A stretch of DNA of 64,000 nucleotides, taken from positions 768,001 through 832,000 of the forward strand of contig CAWGYA010000008.1 of NCBI GenBank assembly GCA_963826715.1, written 5' to 3'. Below are positions 60,481 through 64,000 of this stretch, piece after piece. This DNA comes from Candidatus Bathyarchaeota archaeon (lineage in GTDB: Archaea; Thermoproteota; Bathyarchaeia; Bathyarchaeales; Bathycorpusculaceae). A model generated the notes under the pieces. That model did no database searches. It was given only the letters and a program-made list of their open reading frames with translations, and was not told the origin of the DNA. Position numbers and translations under genes: made by a program. The number at the start of each line of letters is the position of its first letter. The stretch's first letter is position 1.

Positions 60481-61305
60481 ATGAGAATGATCAAGAAAAC
60501 TATAAGAAAAATCGAGATAGCTTCAATCATAGCAGCGGTGATCTTTCTCGTTGTTTCAATGGTATTCTATCTTACATCTCCAACTTTAGATTACATGTTG
60601 GTTATAGCCCTCACAATAGCTGTTGCGCCTTCAAGTTTTGCCCAAATAATCCACAATCGTTGGAGACACAAAATTGAAAAAGCAACCCCTGAATTTCTCA
60701 GGGATTTAGCAACAGCCTCAAGAACCGGAATCCCTCTTCAAACAGCATTAGAACACGCATCTAACCGAATGTATGGTCCACTAACAGCTGAACTGAAAAT
60801 ATTAGTTGCGCATATGAGTTGGGGTATGAATTTTAATGAAGCCCTAACCAAGTTCAGTGACAGAGTAGACTTACCTCTTATCAATAAAGCAACTATCTTG
60901 ATAAATGAAGCAGGAACTCATGGAGGGGACTTGTCTGACATTTTTGATTCAACTGCAAAATACCTGGAAAACATTAACTCTTGGGCAGCTAAAAGGCAAA
61001 TGCAGACTTTCCCATATATTGCCATATTTTATTTCTCAGTTTTCATGTTCTTATTCATAATAATTGTTATATCTAACATGATGTTTGCCCCACTAGCCCA
61101 AACTACAGGTGACACATCATTCATCAAGCCGATTCTTACACAAGCGGAATCTAGGCGAGTGTTTCTGCATGCATCACTGTTGGAATGCTTATTTGGAGGA
61201 TTAATTGCTGGAAAAATAAATGAAGATTCCTTTGTTGATGGTTTGAAACACGTAATGGTGTTATCGATCGCATCAGGAGTGGCATTCTATCTGTTTCTTC
61301 GATGA
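60481..61305 (+). CDS. Second T2SS-F / TadB-C family membrane platform protein
   Basis: PEFLRDLA---RTG-L--AL, YG-LT-EL, SWG, GG-L, GLIAGKI...GLKH. Confidence 0.9.
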   Translation: MRMIKKTIRKIEIASIIAAVIFLVVSMVFYLTSPTLDYMLVIALTIAVAPSSFAQIIHNRWRHKIEKATPEFLRDLATASRTGIPLQTALEHASNRMYGPLTAELKILVAHMSWGMNFNEALTKFSDRVDLPLINKATILINEAGTHGGDLSDIFDSTAKYLENINSWAAKRQMQTFPYIAIFYFSVFMFLFIIIVISNMMFAPLAQTTGDTSFIKPILTQAESRRVFLHASLLECLFGGLIAGKINEDSFVDGLKHVMVLSIASGVAFYLFLR

Positions 61306-61349
61306 TAAAATAATACAATAACGAACAAAACAAAACTCTCGTAGCGACG

Positions 61350-62552
61350 ATGTTGAAAATGAAAAAAGCACAAGTCGAAGGTCAAACTAAAGAAGAAGAT
61401 TTCCAAAAAAACAGTGAAAACTCTGCCTTAAGTGGCAAAGATGCTGCACAAGAGCTAAATATTGAGGATAAAATCGAGCTCCAGAGACGAGAGGCATATA
61501 TTGAACACAAAACTCGTGACTTCTTGAGAGAACTGTTACAAGATCCTGAAAAAAGAGAGTTAATTCCACTTTACACACCTGGAATCGGGTATGTATACCA
61601 GTTAACTGAAAAAGGGGTTGCCCAAAAAGCACCAATTGAACTTTCAAAAGTTTTACTTGAAAATCTGGCTATATTAGATATTTTGCAAAAAAATTTCTTT
61701 GATTCAGTTTCCTCTTGTCCACATTGCGATTCCATAATTGTTACAATGCATCACAAATGCCCAAAATGTAAGAGTCATAATGTAGAAAAAACCAATCTGA
61801 CAGAACACATTCGATGTGGCCATATCGATCAAAGAAGCATGTACATTAACGATCACTGTCCAAAATGTGGTGAACTTCTCATTGAAGGCCAATACCGAAA
61901 CATGGGCAGATGGTATGTCTGCAAACAATGCAACGAACGATTTGAAAATCCCGAGTTTGACATGATCTGCCGAACCTGTAAGAAAACCTTTTCTATCAAA
62001 GAAGCAAATGTTCAAGAGATTTCAAAATTCACTCTAAACTTGAAACGAGTGAAAGAAATTAGGCAAAACGTCGCAAGTCTAGAAAACATACGCAAAGTAT
62101 TAACTGACTTAGGTTTCCAAGTCCAAATTCCAGGATTAGCAATCGGTGAAAAAAGTGAAATGCAACATCACTTCAGTCTCATAGCTAAGAAAATAGTTAA
62201 TGGCAAAGACGTAATCATAGCTCTTGATCATGCAGTAAGTGAATCAGAAGTCACGACCTCACCAATAATACTATACATCTATAAAACATCAGAAATCAAG
62301 GTTGACATTCCAATTTTTGTCGCAATGCCCCAGTTAAATGAGAGCGCAAAGAAAGTAGCACTTGGTCACAATATTATGGTCATTGATAGTTCAACCGAAG
62401 AAAAAGAAATCATGGAAAAAATAGAGCTTGCAGTTAATAAAAGAGGCAACCAAACAACTGAAATCAATGAATCAAAAGTTACCCAACCGCAACCTAAAGC
62501 CGATTCAATATCTATTTTCAGTAGATTACTTGGAAAAAAGGTGGTAATTTAA
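61350..62552 (+). CDS. Multi-zinc-ribbon protein, TackOD1-like
   Basis: CPHC, CPKC, HIRC, CPKC, CKQC and CRTC pairs preceded by GYVY and followed by an alpha/beta C-terminal domain. Confidence 0.65.
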   Translation: MLKMKKAQVEGQTKEEDFQKNSENSALSGKDAAQELNIEDKIELQRREAYIEHKTRDFLRELLQDPEKRELIPLYTPGIGYVYQLTEKGVAQKAPIELSKVLLENLAILDILQKNFFDSVSSCPHCDSIIVTMHHKCPKCKSHNVEKTNLTEHIRCGHIDQRSMYINDHCPKCGELLIEGQYRNMGRWYVCKQCNERFENPEFDMICRTCKKTFSIKEANVQEISKFTLNLKRVKEIRQNVASLENIRKVLTDLGFQVQIPGLAIGEKSEMQHHFSLIAKKIVNGKDVIIALDHAVSESEVTTSPIILYIYKTSEIKVDIPIFVAMPQLNESAKKVALGHNIMVIDSSTEEKEIMEKIELAVNKRGNQTTEINESKVTQPQPKADSISIFSRLLGKKVVI

Positions 62553-62572
62553 ACAAGAGGTTATAGACTGAT

Positions 62573-62616
62573 GGGGTTTTAATCCTCTGATTAACCCCTT
62601 AACTTAATTTTTTTTT
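62573..62616 (+). terminator. Hairpin plus T-tract ending the pilus operon
   Basis: GGGGTT...AACCCC stem (62573-62598) followed by T9 at 62608-62616. Confidence 0.6.
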
Positions 62617-63192
62617 GAGTATTCATTTTTTTTGCAAAATCTTAGATACGGATTCGCTCTAAAAAATAGTGGAGAAGGCGAATCTGCGCGAACCAATTAA
62701 ATCAGTCAAAAATTTTGTCAAGCGACCCCGAAAATTTTGACAAATTGAATGATTCCTATAAAGTTGATAGCGCGAAATTTTTTGGAATTGTAGCGAAATT
62801 GAATGCTCAAGAAAACGAAGAAGATTCAGTCAAAAATTTTGAAACCTTATCTAAAAGGATAAAAATTTTGGAAAGCAAAGAACAAATTTTTGCGGATCTG
62901 AAAACGAATAATTGTTTTTTATAAAATGGTTGCTATGTGGCAAAAAACAAAATGGGTTCTTGTCCATGCGAACTCTATAAAACATAAGATAATTTTGTCA
63001 AACCCAACTTTATTATTTGAATGGATATTTCACAACTTCGCTTTTATTATTTCAAAAGGAGAACGTGATAGCAAAAAGTGGCTTTACGCGGATTGGTTAT
63101 CAGATTAAGTGTGAACGCTAAATTTTGGTTGATGCCTTAATGAGTACAATAAACTGTCTTAGTGTGGAATCAAAAGATTAGACAGGTTTTGT

Positions 63193-63663
63193 CTATTCTT
63201 TAGTGTTTAGGTTCAGGCTTTTTCTTATTTCGTTGAGACAAGCTTTGAAAGACATTTCATTTGCGATCCAATTCGGAAGTGTCAAATCTGCCTCAGTATA
63301 TTTAGTGTTGACTTTTACTTTTGACTGAAGATTCTTTGCAAATTTTAGTTCCAGTCGACTGCCGCCTAACCCAAAAATTTTGTGGATTATGCCTAAGAAA
63401 TCTTCCATCTTGTCTGGGATGTCTTTTTTCTGGATATTAAAAGCTGCTAATTGCTGATATAAGGTGTTTTTAACTGGTTCACCCAGTGATGTTAACGTTT
63501 CATCTATGGCTAAAATTAATTGTTGTTCTAGCTTTTTTTCTGTTATACTTTTTGTGGATGTATCTATGGTGACGGCGAAAGCGGAATCAGGGTTAGAGCT
63601 AACGTTAGCTAAATTAAGCTCTTCAGTAGTTACTCCTGGTAATGACATTTTTGGTTTATTCAC
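63193..63663 (-). CDS. Small helical protein, DUF3227/NitrOD5-like
   Basis: AIDETL-SLG-...LY-L...I-K-DIP-...F-I-KIFG-G-LE pattern. Confidence 0.6.
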   Translation of the reverse strand: MNKPKMSLPGVTTEELNLANVSSNPDSAFAVTIDTSTKSITEKKLEQQLILAIDETLTSLGEPVKNTLYQQLAAFNIQKKDIPDKMEDFLGIIHKIFGLGGSRLELKFAKNLQSKVKVNTKYTEADLTLPNWIANEMSFKACLNEIRKSLNLNTKE

Positions 63664-64000
63664 CTAAACCCCTTTTTCCATCATAATTTTGGTTGTTTAA
63701 GTTACTTAGGGTGATGTCGGATATATAAATATTTAACAGTCAATCAATATTGAAAATATTGATTCTAAATAAAAAATCTCCGTGACCTCCAATTTTTTGT
63801 TGGCGGCTGATGCTTGATTTTAATTTTTAGATCTTCTAAGATATGAATTCTGTGTTCACAACGTTTATTTGAGTTATTTATTAAGCGTCTTATCTAAGAA
63901 CGTGTATGACCGTACTTGATACTGTTAGTGCTGTAGGAATATTGGAAGATTCATCTACTGGAAAAAATGATGCTGAGAGCTTTTATTCAATTGCTGATAG

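Noticed and set aside
54178-61305. Archaellum operon
   Set aside because: No archaellin-type body or FlaF/FlaG; two separate TadB/C-type genes and adhesin-like pilins fit an adhesive type IV pilus
62715-63108. Short ORFs 62715-62924 and 62926-63108
   Set aside because: AT-rich, no RBS or motifs; not supportable as genes

Overview
Archaeal chromosomal segment, most consistent with a TACK-lineage organism such as Bathyarchaeia (inferred from Rpo12, a TFB paralogue, archaeal ACDS, an Ftr-like gene and TACK-type output-domain proteins). 1-23.6 kb is housekeeping and C1 metabolism: a sugar-nucleotide tail, Trm112, Trm5/Taw2-family, rpoP and Taw1, then cooC-flavodoxin-cooC, a complete cdhABCDE (CODH/ACS) operon, and a tightly coupled operon purF-purD-HAD-Ftr-like-PfkB. 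That last triad resembles the orphan 'ehaR-ehaS-ehaT' module. Its position directly behind purD, where purN/purT would be expected, makes it the best candidate here for an undescribed system: a folate-independent route for GAR formylation (hypothesis). 23.7-48.9 kb is a visibly more AT-rich cell-surface glycan island with a TasA-like secreted protein, RmlD, three GT4s, two GT14s, DUF1919, PP-loop enzymes, a split DUF1616 and three paralogous CBM-like secreted proteins, two of which share about 99%-identical inverted blocks around a variable segment. 49-64 kb holds a Walker-A-degenerate KaiC-like protein, an invasin-like adhesin operon led by a divergent TFB, and a divergently transcribed type IV pilus locus with a frameshifted adhesin pilin. 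No rRNA, tRNA, CRISPR array, integrase or transposase was recognised. All family calls come from motif recognition by eye, with no database searches.
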